Assembly: GCA_045533675.1 (NCBI GenBank)
Contig: JAZSIF010000054.1
Coordinates: 27,287 to 91,286 of the forward strand
Source: Eubacteriales bacterium
Lineage (GTDB): Bacteria > Bacillota > Clostridia > Oscillospirales > CAG-272
Direction of reading: 5' to 3'
DNA: 64,000 nucleotides
Shown here: piece by piece, positions 50,754 to 59,760 of the stretch
Layout of the letters: each line of letters starts with the position of its first letter
Position numbering within the stretch: the stretch's first letter is position 1
Position numbers and translations under genes: made by a program
The notes under the pieces: generated by a model
Seen by the model: only the letters and a program-made list of their open reading frames with translations
Told to the model about the DNA's origin: nothing
Databases searched by the model: none

Positions 50754-51503
50754 ATGAATCTTGATAGAGTAATTGCAGTAAGAAATAACAAGACCATCTA
50801 CCGTGACGGCGACAGATGTATTAAAGTATTTAACGCAGAATATTCCAAGGCAGACGTGCTGAACGAAGCGCTCAATCAGGCAAGAATCGAGGAAACCGGA
50901 CTGAATATCCCCAAGGTTCTTGAGGTTACTATGATCGACGGCAAGTGGGCAATCGTTTCCGAGTATATCAAGGGAAAGACTCTTGCACAGCTTATGGAAG
51001 AAAATCCCGAGAAGAAAGCTGAATACATCGAGCTTCTCGTTGATCTTCAGATGAGTGTTCACGCAAAAACATCGCCTCTTCTTAATAAACTGAAGGATAA
51101 GATGAACCGCAAGATCGCCGAGACCGAGTTTGATGCTACCACCCGTTACGATCTTCACACTCGCCTTGAAGGTATGCCCAAGCATAATAAGGTGTGCCAC
51201 GGCGACTTCAACCCCTCCAACATTATTATCACCGAAAACGGTCTCCCTTACATTCTCGACTGGTCTCACGCAACGCAGGGTAACGCATCTGCTGATGTGG
51301 CGCGCACTTATCTTCTGTTCTGGTTGAATGGAGATATCACCGGGGCTGAGATCTACCTCGATACCTTCTGCAAGAAGAGCGATACCGCAAAGCAGTACGT
51401 TCAGAAGTGGATGCCCATCGTTGCTGCATCGCAGTCGGTTAAGGGCAACGAAAAGGAGCGCGAGTTCCTTATGAGCTGGGTCGGCGTTGTCGATTATCAA
51501 TAA
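50754..51503 (+). CDS. APH/protein-kinase-like phosphotransferase
   Basis: CIKVF, CHGDFNPSNII, ILDW. Confidence 0.85.
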   Translation: MNLDRVIAVRNNKTIYRDGDRCIKVFNAEYSKADVLNEALNQARIEETGLNIPKVLEVTMIDGKWAIVSEYIKGKTLAQLMEENPEKKAEYIELLVDLQMSVHAKTSPLLNKLKDKMNRKIAETEFDATTRYDLHTRLEGMPKHNKVCHGDFNPSNIIITENGLPYILDWSHATQGNASADVARTYLLFWLNGDITGAEIYLDTFCKKSDTAKQYVQKWMPIVAASQSVKGNEKEREFLMSWVGVVDYQ

Positions 51504-51521
51504 TTCAGTTTCAAAATTAAT

Positions 51522-51549
51522 GCTTGATGCGGCAAGTCCGCGTCAAGCT
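51522..51549 (+). other. Intra-operon stem-loop without a U-tract
   Basis: GCTTGATGCGG-caagt-CCGCGTCAAGC. Confidence 0.5.
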
Positions 51550-51582
51550 CCCATATTTACGAATTAAGAGAGGTAAAATATT

Positions 51583-51825
51583 ATGCTTAAAATTACAGTT
51601 TGTATCGGAAGCTCCTGCCACATCAAGGGTTCTCGTCAGGTAGTAGAGCAGCTTCAGTATTTGATCGCTGAGAACAATCTCGGTGATAAGGTAGAGCTTG
51701 GCGGCACCTTCTGCATGGGCAAGTGTCAGCAGGGCGTATGTGTAACGGTAAATGACTCCTTCCATTCCGTTACCCCCGACAGTGTAGGAGAGTTCTTCGC
51801 TAAAGAAGTGCTCGCGAAGGTATAA
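51583..51825 (+). CDS. Thioredoxin-like [2Fe-2S] ferredoxin (HfsA-like), copy 1
   Basis: VCIGSSCHIKGS...FCMGKC. Confidence 0.88.
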   Translation: MLKITVCIGSSCHIKGSRQVVEQLQYLIAENNLGDKVELGGTFCMGKCQQGVCVTVNDSFHSVTPDSVGEFFAKEVLAKV

Positions 51826-51829
51826 GAGT

Positions 51830-52093
51830 ATGTTGTTCGTTCAGGTTTGTGTTGGCTCATCTTGCCACCTCAAGGGATCTCAGGATATTGTCGATCTCTT
51901 TGAAAAAGCCGTGGAGGAACATCACATTGAAGATGAGGTCGTGCTTTCCGGTAGCTTTTGCATCGGAAAGTGCAACCGCGTCGGTGTTACCGTTCAGGTG
52001 AATGATGATATTCACGTTGGTGTTACAAGAGAGAATTTCAGAGAATTTTTTAAGAAAAATATACTCGATGTGATCGAAAATGAAAGGAAGTGA
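51830..52093 (+). CDS. Thioredoxin-like [2Fe-2S] ferredoxin (HfsA-like), copy 2
   Basis: VCVGSSCHLKGS...FCIGKC. Confidence 0.88.
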   Translation: MLFVQVCVGSSCHLKGSQDIVDLFEKAVEEHHIEDEVVLSGSFCIGKCNRVGVTVQVNDDIHVGVTRENFREFFKKNILDVIENERK

Positions 52094-52095
52094 CG

Positions 52096-53778
52096 ATGAT
52101 GGCAAATTGCTTGACACTTAAAAAATCAAACTGCAAAAACTGCTATAAGTGCATCCGTCACTGCCCCGTAAAGGCAATTCGCTTTTCGGGAAACCAAGCT
52201 CATATCATCGGCAATGAGTGCATTTTGTGCGGTCATTGTTTTGTTGTTTGTCCGCAAAATGCCAAGGAGATCGTAGACAGTACCGAAAAGGCTCGCGTTC
52301 TTCTTCAAAGCGGAGATCCCGTCGTTGTCAGCCTTGCGCCTTCCTTTATTGCCAATTATGACGGCGTCGGAATTGAATCAATGCGTAAAGCACTGAAAAA
52401 GCTTGGCTTTTTCGACGTAGAGGAAACGGCTATCGGTGCAACCATTGTGAAAACCGAGTACGAGCGTATGCTGCGTGAGGAAGAAAGAGATATTATCATT
52501 ACCTCATGCTGCCACTCTATCAATTTGCTCATACAAAAGCATTTTCCCTCTGCTCTTGAATATCTTGCAGACCTTATGTCTCCTATGCAGGCTCACTGCG
52601 CGGATATCAAGAGAAGAATGCCGAACGCCAAGACTGTTTTTGTCGGTCCTTGTGTAGCAAAGAAGGACGAGGCTGAGTACTATGAAGGGCTCGTTGATGC
52701 CGTTCTTACCTTTGAAGAGCTCACCAATTGGCTAAAATCCGAGAGAATTGAGCTTGAAAGGGATGTTGATAATACACCGCAGAGCCGTGCTCGTTTCTTC
52801 CCAACAACAGGCGGCGTGCTGAAAACAATGGCGCAGAATGCTCCCGGATATACTTATATTGCGCTTGATGGCGTTGAAAACTGTATTGCCGCTCTTAAAG
52901 ATATTGAGAGCGGGAATATCCATAAGTGTTTCATTGAAATGTCCGCCTGCGTTGGTAGCTGTATTGGCGGTCCCGTTATGGAAAAATACCATAGCACCTC
53001 GCCAATTAAGGATTACGTAACCGTGGCTGATTATGCAGGTGAGCATGATTTCGAGGTCGAACAGCCTGCTCCTATGGATCTGAAAAAGCATTTTACTATG
53101 ATCGAGCGCAAGCTCGCAGAGCCTTCGGAAAACGAGATTATGACAGTTCTTCGTCAGATGGGCAAGTTCAAGCCCGCAGATGAGCTTAATTGCGGCTCTT
53201 GCGGATACAATTCTTGTCGTGAAAAAGCAATCGCCATTATTCAGGGCAAGGCTGAAAGTTCTATGTGTCTGCCGTTCCTCAAGGATAGGGCGGAAAGCTT
53301 CTCGGATACCATCGTTAAGAATACACCGAACGGTCTTATCGTTCTGAACGAAAATCTGGAGGTTCAGCAGATCAATAATGCGGCGAGAAAAATTATGAAT
53401 ATCCGTGCGGCATCCGACGTGCTCGGAGAGCCTGTTGTTCGCATTCTCGATCCTACTGTATTTGTTCAGGTCAGAAACAGCGGACGAACGGTCAGAGATC
53501 AGCGCACGTATCTTGCAGAATACAAAAAATACGTGGAGCAGACCGTTGTTTACGACTCCGAGTCTCATATGCTCATCGGCATCATGCGTGATATTACCGA
53601 AGAAGAAGCCGACAGAGAGAAAAAAGCAAGGATCAATAAGCAGACCGTTGAGGTTGCCGATACCGTGGTAGAAAAGCAGATGCGGATTGTTCAGGAGATC
53701 GCTTCTCTGCTCGGAGAGACCGCCGCGGAGACCAAGATCGCGCTAACCAAGCTAAAGGAGTCGATCAGCGATGAATGA
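52096..53778 (+). CDS. PAS-domain sensory [FeFe]-hydrogenase (HydS/HfsB-like, group C)
   Basis: 2x[4Fe-4S] N-terminus; TSCCHS, GPCVAKK, EMSAC.GSC; FeS motif CGSCGYNSC; PAS domain; KQMRIVQEIASLLGE tail. Confidence 0.9.
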   Translation: MMANCLTLKKSNCKNCYKCIRHCPVKAIRFSGNQAHIIGNECILCGHCFVVCPQNAKEIVDSTEKARVLLQSGDPVVVSLAPSFIANYDGVGIESMRKALKKLGFFDVEETAIGATIVKTEYERMLREEERDIIITSCCHSINLLIQKHFPSALEYLADLMSPMQAHCADIKRRMPNAKTVFVGPCVAKKDEAEYYEGLVDAVLTFEELTNWLKSERIELERDVDNTPQSRARFFPTTGGVLKTMAQNAPGYTYIALDGVENCIAALKDIESGNIHKCFIEMSACVGSCIGGPVMEKYHSTSPIKDYVTVADYAGEHDFEVEQPAPMDLKKHFTMIERKLAEPSENEIMTVLRQMGKFKPADELNCGSCGYNSCREKAIAIIQGKAESSMCLPFLKDRAESFSDTIVKNTPNGLIVLNENLEVQQINNAARKIMNIRAASDVLGEPVVRILDPTVFVQVRNSGRTVRDQRTYLAEYKKYVEQTVVYDSESHMLIGIMRDITEEEADREKKARINKQTVEVADTVVEKQMRIVQEIASLLGETAAETKIALTKLKESISDE

Positions 53779-54943
53779 TTTGTGTGCAGATATTGGATAT
53801 AAGAGCATCAATCACGATGGCGAAGTGCTGTGTGGGGATCACGTAGATGTTATCGAAGAAACCGAAAACTCCACCGTCATCGTGCTGGCAGACGGTCTTG
53901 GATCGGGAGTAAAAGCGAGTATTCTTTCTACCCTCACCTCTAAAATCATCTCCACGATGATGGCGGCGGGACTTCCCGTTGAGGAGTGTGTCTCTACCAT
54001 CGCCGCAACCCTTCCCGTTTGTTCGGTGCGCGGCGTGGCATACTCCACGTTTACCATCATTCATCTTCTCAATAATGAAATCGCCGAGATCATTCAATAC
54101 GATAATCCGCACGTCATTATTATCAGAAACTACGCGCCATACGATTATCCAAAGACAGAAATGAACATTGGCGGCAAGAAAATATACAAATCCACCATCA
54201 GATTGCAAGAAAACGACGTATTCATCGCCATGAGCGACGGATGCCCCCACGCGGGCATGGGCGGAAAATACAATTTCGGATGGAAGCGCGAAGATATTGC
54301 CGATTATATGCAAGCACTTGTTGCGGGCGGTTATACCGCAAAAAATCTCTCCACCATGCTCGTGGACGAATGTGATAAGCTTTACAATCATAAACCGGGA
54401 GACGATACCACTGCTTGCGTGGTAAAAATCCGAAAAAGAGAGCCAATGAACATTCTCTTCGGTCCTCCTTCCAACCGTGACGATGCCAACAGAATGATGT
54501 CCCTCTTCTTTTCCAAGGAAGGAAAGCACATTATCTGTGGCGGTACGACCTCGTTGATTGCATCAAAATATCTTGGCAAGCCCGTGAGAGCGAGCCTGAA
54601 TTTTGAGCGCAGTGACGTTCCCCCCATTGCCACCATTGAGGGCGTTGATCTTGTCACCGAAGGGGTTATCACGATGAACAAGGTCATTCAGTACGCCAAG
54701 GACTATCTTGGAGAAAATGTGCTCTACGAGGAATGGAATTTTAAAAAGGACGGAGCGTCGCTCATCAGCCGCCTGTTGTTTGAAGAGGCGACCGACATCA
54801 ACTTTTACGTGGGCAGAGCCGTAAATCCCGCCCATCAAAACCCCGATCTTCCGATCAACTTTAACATTAAAATGAATCTCGTTGAAGAACTTTCCAATTG
54901 CCTGAAAAAAATGGGCAAGCGGATCAAGGTAAGTTATTTCTGA
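53771..54943 (+). CDS. SpoIIE/PP2C-type Ser/Thr phosphatase (HfsC-like)
   Basis: CGD, LADGLGSG, MSDG, GDDTT. Confidence 0.9.
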   Translation: MNDLCADIGYKSINHDGEVLCGDHVDVIEETENSTVIVLADGLGSGVKASILSTLTSKIISTMMAAGLPVEECVSTIAATLPVCSVRGVAYSTFTIIHLLNNEIAEIIQYDNPHVIIIRNYAPYDYPKTEMNIGGKKIYKSTIRLQENDVFIAMSDGCPHAGMGGKYNFGWKREDIADYMQALVAGGYTAKNLSTMLVDECDKLYNHKPGDDTTACVVKIRKREPMNILFGPPSNRDDANRMMSLFFSKEGKHIICGGTTSLIASKYLGKPVRASLNFERSDVPPIATIEGVDLVTEGVITMNKVIQYAKDYLGENVLYEEWNFKKDGASLISRLLFEEATDINFYVGRAVNPAHQNPDLPINFNIKMNLVEELSNCLKKMGKRIKVSYF

Positions 54944-54959
54944 TATAAGGAGAAGGACA

Positions 54960-55907
54960 ATGCAGAAAAAAATAACAATCATAGGAGCAGGCTCGGTTGG
55001 TGCAACCACCGCATTTGCCCTGCTGACTCGCGGCGCGGCATCCGAGGTCGTGCTGATTGACATCAACACAGAAAAAGCACTTGGAGAGGCTTTGGATATT
55101 AAGCAGGCAACGCCGTTCATCGACAACTGCGACATCTACGCGGGAAGCTACGCCGATGCCGTCAATTCCGATGTGGTCGTCATCACCTCGGGAATCGGCA
55201 GAAAGCCCGGGCAGACGCGTCTGGAACTCGTACAAACCAACGTAGGAATTATAAAGTCCATTGCATCGGAGATCGTAAAATATGCTCCCAATGCCATTTA
55301 CATTCTCGTAGCAAACCCCGTGGACATTCTAACATATGCATTTCTGAAATATACGGGACTCCCCAAGAATCGTGTATTTGGCACGGGTACGGTTCTCGAT
55401 ACCATCCGTCTGCGCACCCGTCTTGCTGAGATCTACAACGTCAACAAGCAACAGGTACACGCTAACGTTCTTGGTGAGCACGGAGATACCTCATTTGTAT
55501 CCTGGTCCAACGCAACCATTGCAGGAGTACCCCTTGATGAATACAGACAGTCTGTGGTTACACCCTCAAGTATTCCCACTGAATATACACGCACAGATAT
55601 TGAGACCTACGTAAAAAAATCAGGAGGAAAGATCATATCTCGCAAGGGCTGTACCGTTTACGGTATCGGAATGTCCACAACACATATTATAAAGACCCTT
55701 AGCGGAAACTCAGAAACCGCTCTTACGGTATCGTCATTGCACGAGGGCGAATACGGAATACACGACGTTTGTCTGAGTTCGCTCACTCTTGTTGACAGCA
55801 ATGGAGTAAGATCTATAATCACACAGAAGCTTGCCGATGAGGAAATAGCAAAGCTCCATGCATCTGCAAAGGCTCTTTCCGATGTTATCAAAAGCGCCGG
55901 TATTTAA
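54960..55907 (+). CDS. L-lactate/malate dehydrogenase family protein
   Basis: GAGSVG, GRKPGQTRLEL, ANPVD, GTVLDTIR, LGEHGD. Confidence 0.9.
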   Translation: MQKKITIIGAGSVGATTAFALLTRGAASEVVLIDINTEKALGEALDIKQATPFIDNCDIYAGSYADAVNSDVVVITSGIGRKPGQTRLELVQTNVGIIKSIASEIVKYAPNAIYILVANPVDILTYAFLKYTGLPKNRVFGTGTVLDTIRLRTRLAEIYNVNKQQVHANVLGEHGDTSFVSWSNATIAGVPLDEYRQSVVTPSSIPTEYTRTDIETYVKKSGGKIISRKGCTVYGIGMSTTHIIKTLSGNSETALTVSSLHEGEYGIHDVCLSSLTLVDSNGVRSIITQKLADEEIAKLHASAKALSDVIKSAGI

Positions 55908-55938
55908 GAGTAGGCGCAAGTCAGGAGTATAAGTATAT

Positions 55939-57369
55939 ATGAGAAGATTTGACACAAAGGTTCAACATCTTAAATATAGGGTCTTACGCGAAGTAGCACG
56001 CCTCGCGTGGGAGGATAAATTACTGGAGAATATTATGGATATTCCCCAGCGTCTCGTTCCTGGAAATGAGCCTACGATGCGTTGCTGTGTTTATAAGGAA
56101 CGTGCAATTCTCGGTGAGCGCGTGAAGCTCGCTATGGGTGGTGACAAAAACAATCCCAATGTTATCGAGGTCATTGAGATTGCTTGCGACGAGTGTCCCG
56201 TGGGCGGTTACGAAGTCACCAATGCCTGCCGCGGATGTCTTGCTCACCGTTGTGAGGACGTTTGTAAATTCGGAGCGATCTCCTTCGATCACAATCATGT
56301 TGCACATATAGATAAATCCAAATGTAAAGAGTGCGGTGCGTGTGCAAAGGTTTGTCCTTATACCGCAATCGTCAGCCGCAAGCGTCCGTGTCAGAATGCT
56401 TGTAAGGTCAAGGCGATTTCAATGAATGATGAAAAGGCTGCATGTATTGACAACTCCAAGTGCATTCAGTGCGGAGCTTGCGTCTATCAGTGTCCCTTCG
56501 GCGCCATTATGGATAAATCCTATATGGTGAACGCCATCGATATTCTCAAAAAGAGTAATCGTAACACACGGGGCGGTAACTATAAGGTCTATGCCGTTGT
56601 CGCACCGTCCATTTCAAGCCAATTCTCTTACGCAAAGCTTGGTCAGGTGGTAACAGGCCTCAAAAAGCTCGGCTTCCACGATGTGATAGAAGCTGCGCTC
56701 GGCGCTGACATGGTAGCTATGGCAGAAGCAAAAGAACTGTCCGAGAAAGGACTTCTTACAAGCTCTTGCTGTCCTGCATTCGTGCAGTACATAAAGTCGA
56801 CGTTCCCGAATCTCGTAGAGCATATTTCACATAATATGTCGCCTATGGCTGTGCTGGCAAAGTACATCAAGGAAACAACTCCTACCGCAAAGGTAATCTT
56901 CATCGGTCCCTGTACCGCTAAAAAGGCAGAGGCACAGCTTGAAGAGGTCAAGCCATACGTTGATACCGTCCTTACGTTCGAAGAGCTTCAAGCGCTCTTT
57001 GACAGCCGTAACATAGAAATCGAAACGCTTGAAGAAGGCATTCTTGATAACGCATCTTATTTTGGACGCATTTTTGCAAGGAGCGGAGGACTGACCGATG
57101 CGGCAGCTCAGGCTATGAAAGAGCAAAACATCGACTTCGAGATCAAACCCGTTGTATGCGACGGTATCGAAGCTTGCCGTATGGCACTTCTCAAGCTGAA
57201 TAAGGGTATTCTTGATGGCAATTTCATCGAAGGAATGGCTTGTGTCGGCGGTTGCATTGGCGGCGCAGGCTGTCTGACTCACGGTGAAAAGAACAAATCC
57301 GAGGTCGATAAATACGGTCGTGAAGCACTTGAAAAAAATATCAGCGATTCCATATCGTTGCTGAAGTAA
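55939..57369 (+). CDS. Monomeric ferredoxin-dependent [FeFe]-hydrogenase (HfsD/HydA2-like)
   Basis: RCCVYKER, multiple 4Fe-4S motifs, TSCCPAF, GPCTAKK, EGMACVGGCIGG. Confidence 0.92.
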   Translation: MRRFDTKVQHLKYRVLREVARLAWEDKLLENIMDIPQRLVPGNEPTMRCCVYKERAILGERVKLAMGGDKNNPNVIEVIEIACDECPVGGYEVTNACRGCLAHRCEDVCKFGAISFDHNHVAHIDKSKCKECGACAKVCPYTAIVSRKRPCQNACKVKAISMNDEKAACIDNSKCIQCGACVYQCPFGAIMDKSYMVNAIDILKKSNRNTRGGNYKVYAVVAPSISSQFSYAKLGQVVTGLKKLGFHDVIEAALGADMVAMAEAKELSEKGLLTSSCCPAFVQYIKSTFPNLVEHISHNMSPMAVLAKYIKETTPTAKVIFIGPCTAKKAEAQLEEVKPYVDTVLTFEELQALFDSRNIEIETLEEGILDNASYFGRIFARSGGLTDAAAQAMKEQNIDFEIKPVVCDGIEACRMALLKLNKGILDGNFIEGMACVGGCIGGAGCLTHGEKNKSEVDKYGREALEKNISDSISLLK

Positions 57370-57380
57370 GAAATGCATGA

Positions 57381-57413
57381 AAAGGGTTTGCTGTCTGAGT
57401 GCGGCAAGCCCTT
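57381..57413 (+). terminator. Hairpin ending the hydrogenase operon
   Basis: AAGGGTTTGCTG...CGGCAAGCCCTT. Confidence 0.55.
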
Positions 57414-57418
57414 AACTT

Positions 57419-57835
57419 TTGAAAGGAAATATCAATTACAAGAAACATTTTTATAACGCAGATTTCCAAATCCGCAACATGAGCGATGCGATCTCTCACT
57501 CTACCTGCGGCATGGCAATCGACATTGAAGCCAAAGCCATTGTCGCTTGCTCACTTTCGGGAATGACAGCACGAATGGTGTCGCGCTTCCGTTCACCCGT
57601 TGCAATTATCGGTCTTACAACCAATGAGAATACATGGAGAAAGCTTGCGTTGTCTTGGGGAGTTATCCCCGCCATGTGCGAGAAATTCACATCTACCGAT
57701 GTATTGTTTTATACTGCAAAGAAGATTGCCTCAAAGGAGCTCGGCTTGTCTAAAAAGGATCGTATCGTCATCACCGGCGGAGATACCACAGGACATTCCG
57801 GCAATACAAATTTAATTAAGATTGACGAGATATAA
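57419..57835 (+). pseudogene. pyk: Pyruvate kinase C-terminal (alpha/beta) domain fragment
   Basis: DAISHS, AKAIV..SLSGMTARMVSRFR, LALSWGV, GNTNLIK; catalytic barrel absent; no clear RBS. Confidence 0.75.
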
Positions 57836-57845
57836 CCAAACATAA

Positions 57846-57882
57846 AAACGCCACCTTAGACTTTCATCTAAGATGGCGTTTT
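57846..57882. terminator. Bidirectional terminator serving tmRNA and the pyk fragment
   Basis: AAAACGCCACCTTAGA-ctttca-TCTAAGATGGCGTTTT. Confidence 0.8.
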
Positions 57883-57954
57883 CTGTTCGTATCAGAGCGA
57901 AACCTTGACGGTGAAGCCGCCGATAAAGAAGTAGGTGTTCGTCTGAGTAGCGTT

Positions 57955-58322
57955 TGGTGGACCCGAGGGGAGTCGAACCCCTGTCCGAAAACCTCTTGAT
58001 ATAACCTTCTCCGGGTGCAGTCTGTTATTTGGATTTCCCGTCCGATGCCGTCAACAGACAGACTTCATCCTCTGGTAGCCATTTTCTGCGTGATCGGTTC
58101 AATGGCGAACCGCCGATGCACGGGCATCGCTCATTTGACGCTCAGTCCCGAGCCGCGATACTCTCGGGAGGAACGGGCGGCTTATGCCGCGGCACTGCCC
58201 TTAGGCAGCCAATGCAACGTTTCTATCGTTAGCGTTTAATTTTAAGTTGGGCCGTTTCAGAGATTGCCCGGCTCTACCCGCTTATTATACCTCAAAATCC
58301 CCGTCGAAACCTTTACGGGCCC
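57955..58322 (-). ncRNA. ssrA: tmRNA, tag peptide (A)ANDRNVALAA
   Basis: 5' GGGCCCGTAAAGGTTTCGAC, 3' GACAGGGGTTCGACTCCCCTCGGGTCCACCA, G3:U pair, tag frame 58233-58201; next to smpB. Confidence 0.96.
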
Positions 58323-58329
58323 ATGAATT

Positions 58330-58366
58330 GAAGTAAGAAGTAAAAGGGAAGAAGTAAGAAGTAAAA
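58330..58366. repeat. Short tandem GAAGTAA-based repeats in the smpB-ssrA spacer
   Basis: GAAGTAAGAAGTAAAA twice, 21 bp apart. Confidence 0.6.
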
Positions 58367-58384
58367 AGAAGATGGGGGAAGTAA

Positions 58385-58861
58385 TCAGTCATCGTACCTG
58401 CGTTCCTTGAAGCGGCGATCCATTTCTCGGCTTGCCTGCTTTTCGGCGGCGGCATCTCGCTTATCGTAAAGCTTTTTGCCTCGGCAGAGTCCTACCTCCA
58501 CCTTGACATTCTTTCCCGAAAAGTAGAGGGAAAGGGGAATGAGGGTGTACCCCTTTTGGGTAACCAGTCCGCCAAGCTTCATGATCTCTTTCTTGTGCAT
58601 CAAAAGCTTGCGGTCACGAAGGGGCTCTCGGTTAAAAATATTTCCTTTTTCATAAGGGCTGATGTGCATGCCGATGACATAGAGCTCTCCGTTTTTCAAG
58701 GAGCAATAGGAATCCTTTAGGTTGACTGCCCCTCCTCGGATGCTCTTGACCTCGGTGCCGAAGAGAGCGATTCCCGCTTCGTATTTTTCGTCTACGAAGT
58801 AGTCGTGCCAAGCCTTACGGTTTTGCGCGACGGTTCGTGACGTTTGCTTCTTCTCTGCCAA
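58385..58861 (-). CDS. smpB: SsrA-binding protein
   Basis: [39 protein letters not shown]; TTG start after GAAAGGAG. Confidence 0.96.
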   Translation of the reverse strand: MAEKKQTSRTVAQNRKAWHDYFVDEKYEAGIALFGTEVKSIRGGAVNLKDSYCSLKNGELYVIGMHISPYEKGNIFNREPLRDRKLLMHKKEIMKLGGLVTQKGYTLIPLSLYFSGKNVKVEVGLCRGKKLYDKRDAAAEKQASREMDRRFKERRYDD

Positions 58862-58947
58862 GAATCTCATCTCCTTTCGGCATGTTTGCAAAGCACGTGT
58901 TATTGTATCACACTTTGGGTAAAAAATCAAGAGTTTTTTGTCGGGGA

Positions 58948-59751
58948 TTATTTGGTAAGGGTAATTTTCCCCGTTCTGGGATTTCGGATGGCGGGACATG
59001 GCTCGTAGCGAAGTCCCAATTCCTTGACCCAATCGAGGGCGATCGACTCAGACTCCGCGTCGGAAACAACATCGGGGGAATGGGCATCGCTGCCAAACAC
59101 AACGGTACACCCCTCCTGTGCCGCAATCTCCCAAAATTGTTTGATTGGGTAGTGGCGACCCTCACGGAGACCGAGAAGGTTGATCTCCAAGGGAAGTTCG
59201 TGCTCCTTGGCTCCGCGGCAGATCCGACGCATCTGTTTCTTATATAGCGCGCGATCTTTTCCAGTAAAACGGATTAGTTCGGGATGGGCGAAATAGGTAA
59301 AAATTCCCATATCCATGGCCTCAAGGACGGTGTCGGCATAGAGGATCAGTTCCTTTTCGTCATGGTCACCTCTTCCCATATAACGACTGCCGTTGGGGTG
59401 TTCGTTTTTGATATAGTGCTGAGAAAGGAGCAGGAAGTCCGCGCCGAGATTCAGGGCGATCTGCTTCATCTCCTTGAAATAGAGGGGATAGTATTCCATT
59501 TCAAAGCCGATATGGATGGTGATCTGATCCTTGTATTCCTCTCGAAGCGTCCGCAAGGACATCATATAATCTTCTGCCAGTTTCATGGGAATACGAAAAC
59601 TGGATTCGTATCCGTCGGGAAAGACGAAGGGCATATGATCGGCAAAGCCGAGGGTGGTAAGACCTCGGGTGATCGCCGTTTCCACGTATTCTCGGTCGGT
59701 GCCCACCGCGTGTCCGCAGCGGGCGGTGTGGGTATGCAAATTTACGATCAT
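58948..59751 (-). CDS. PHP-family (histidinol-phosphatase-like) hydrolase
   Basis: [26 protein letters not shown]. Confidence 0.88.
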   Translation of the reverse strand: MIVNLHTHTARCGHAVGTDREYVETAITRGLTTLGFADHMPFVFPDGYESSFRIPMKLAEDYMMSLRTLREEYKDQITIHIGFEMEYYPLYFKEMKQIALNLGADFLLLSQHYIKNEHPNGSRYMGRGDHDEKELILYADTVLEAMDMGIFTYFAHPELIRFTGKDRALYKKQMRRICRGAKEHELPLEINLLGLREGRHYPIKQFWEIAAQEGCTVVFGSDAHSPDVVSDAESESIALDWVKELGLRYEPCPAIRNPRTGKITLTK

Positions 59752-59760
59752 ATGATCTCC

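Larger units (their letters stand above)
45952..57961. mobile_element. ~12-kb genomic island integrated at the tmRNA 3' end (recombinase deleted)
   Basis: TTTGGTGGA direct repeat at 45952-45960 and 57953-57961; GTTCGTCT/AGACGAAC inverted arms across the reconstructed junction; recombinase-like C-terminal remnants at both ends. Confidence 0.75.

Noticed and set aside
50754-51503. Aminoglycoside resistance gene
   Set aside because: The APH-like fold alone is insufficient; context with adhE, hydS and the phosphatase points to regulation.
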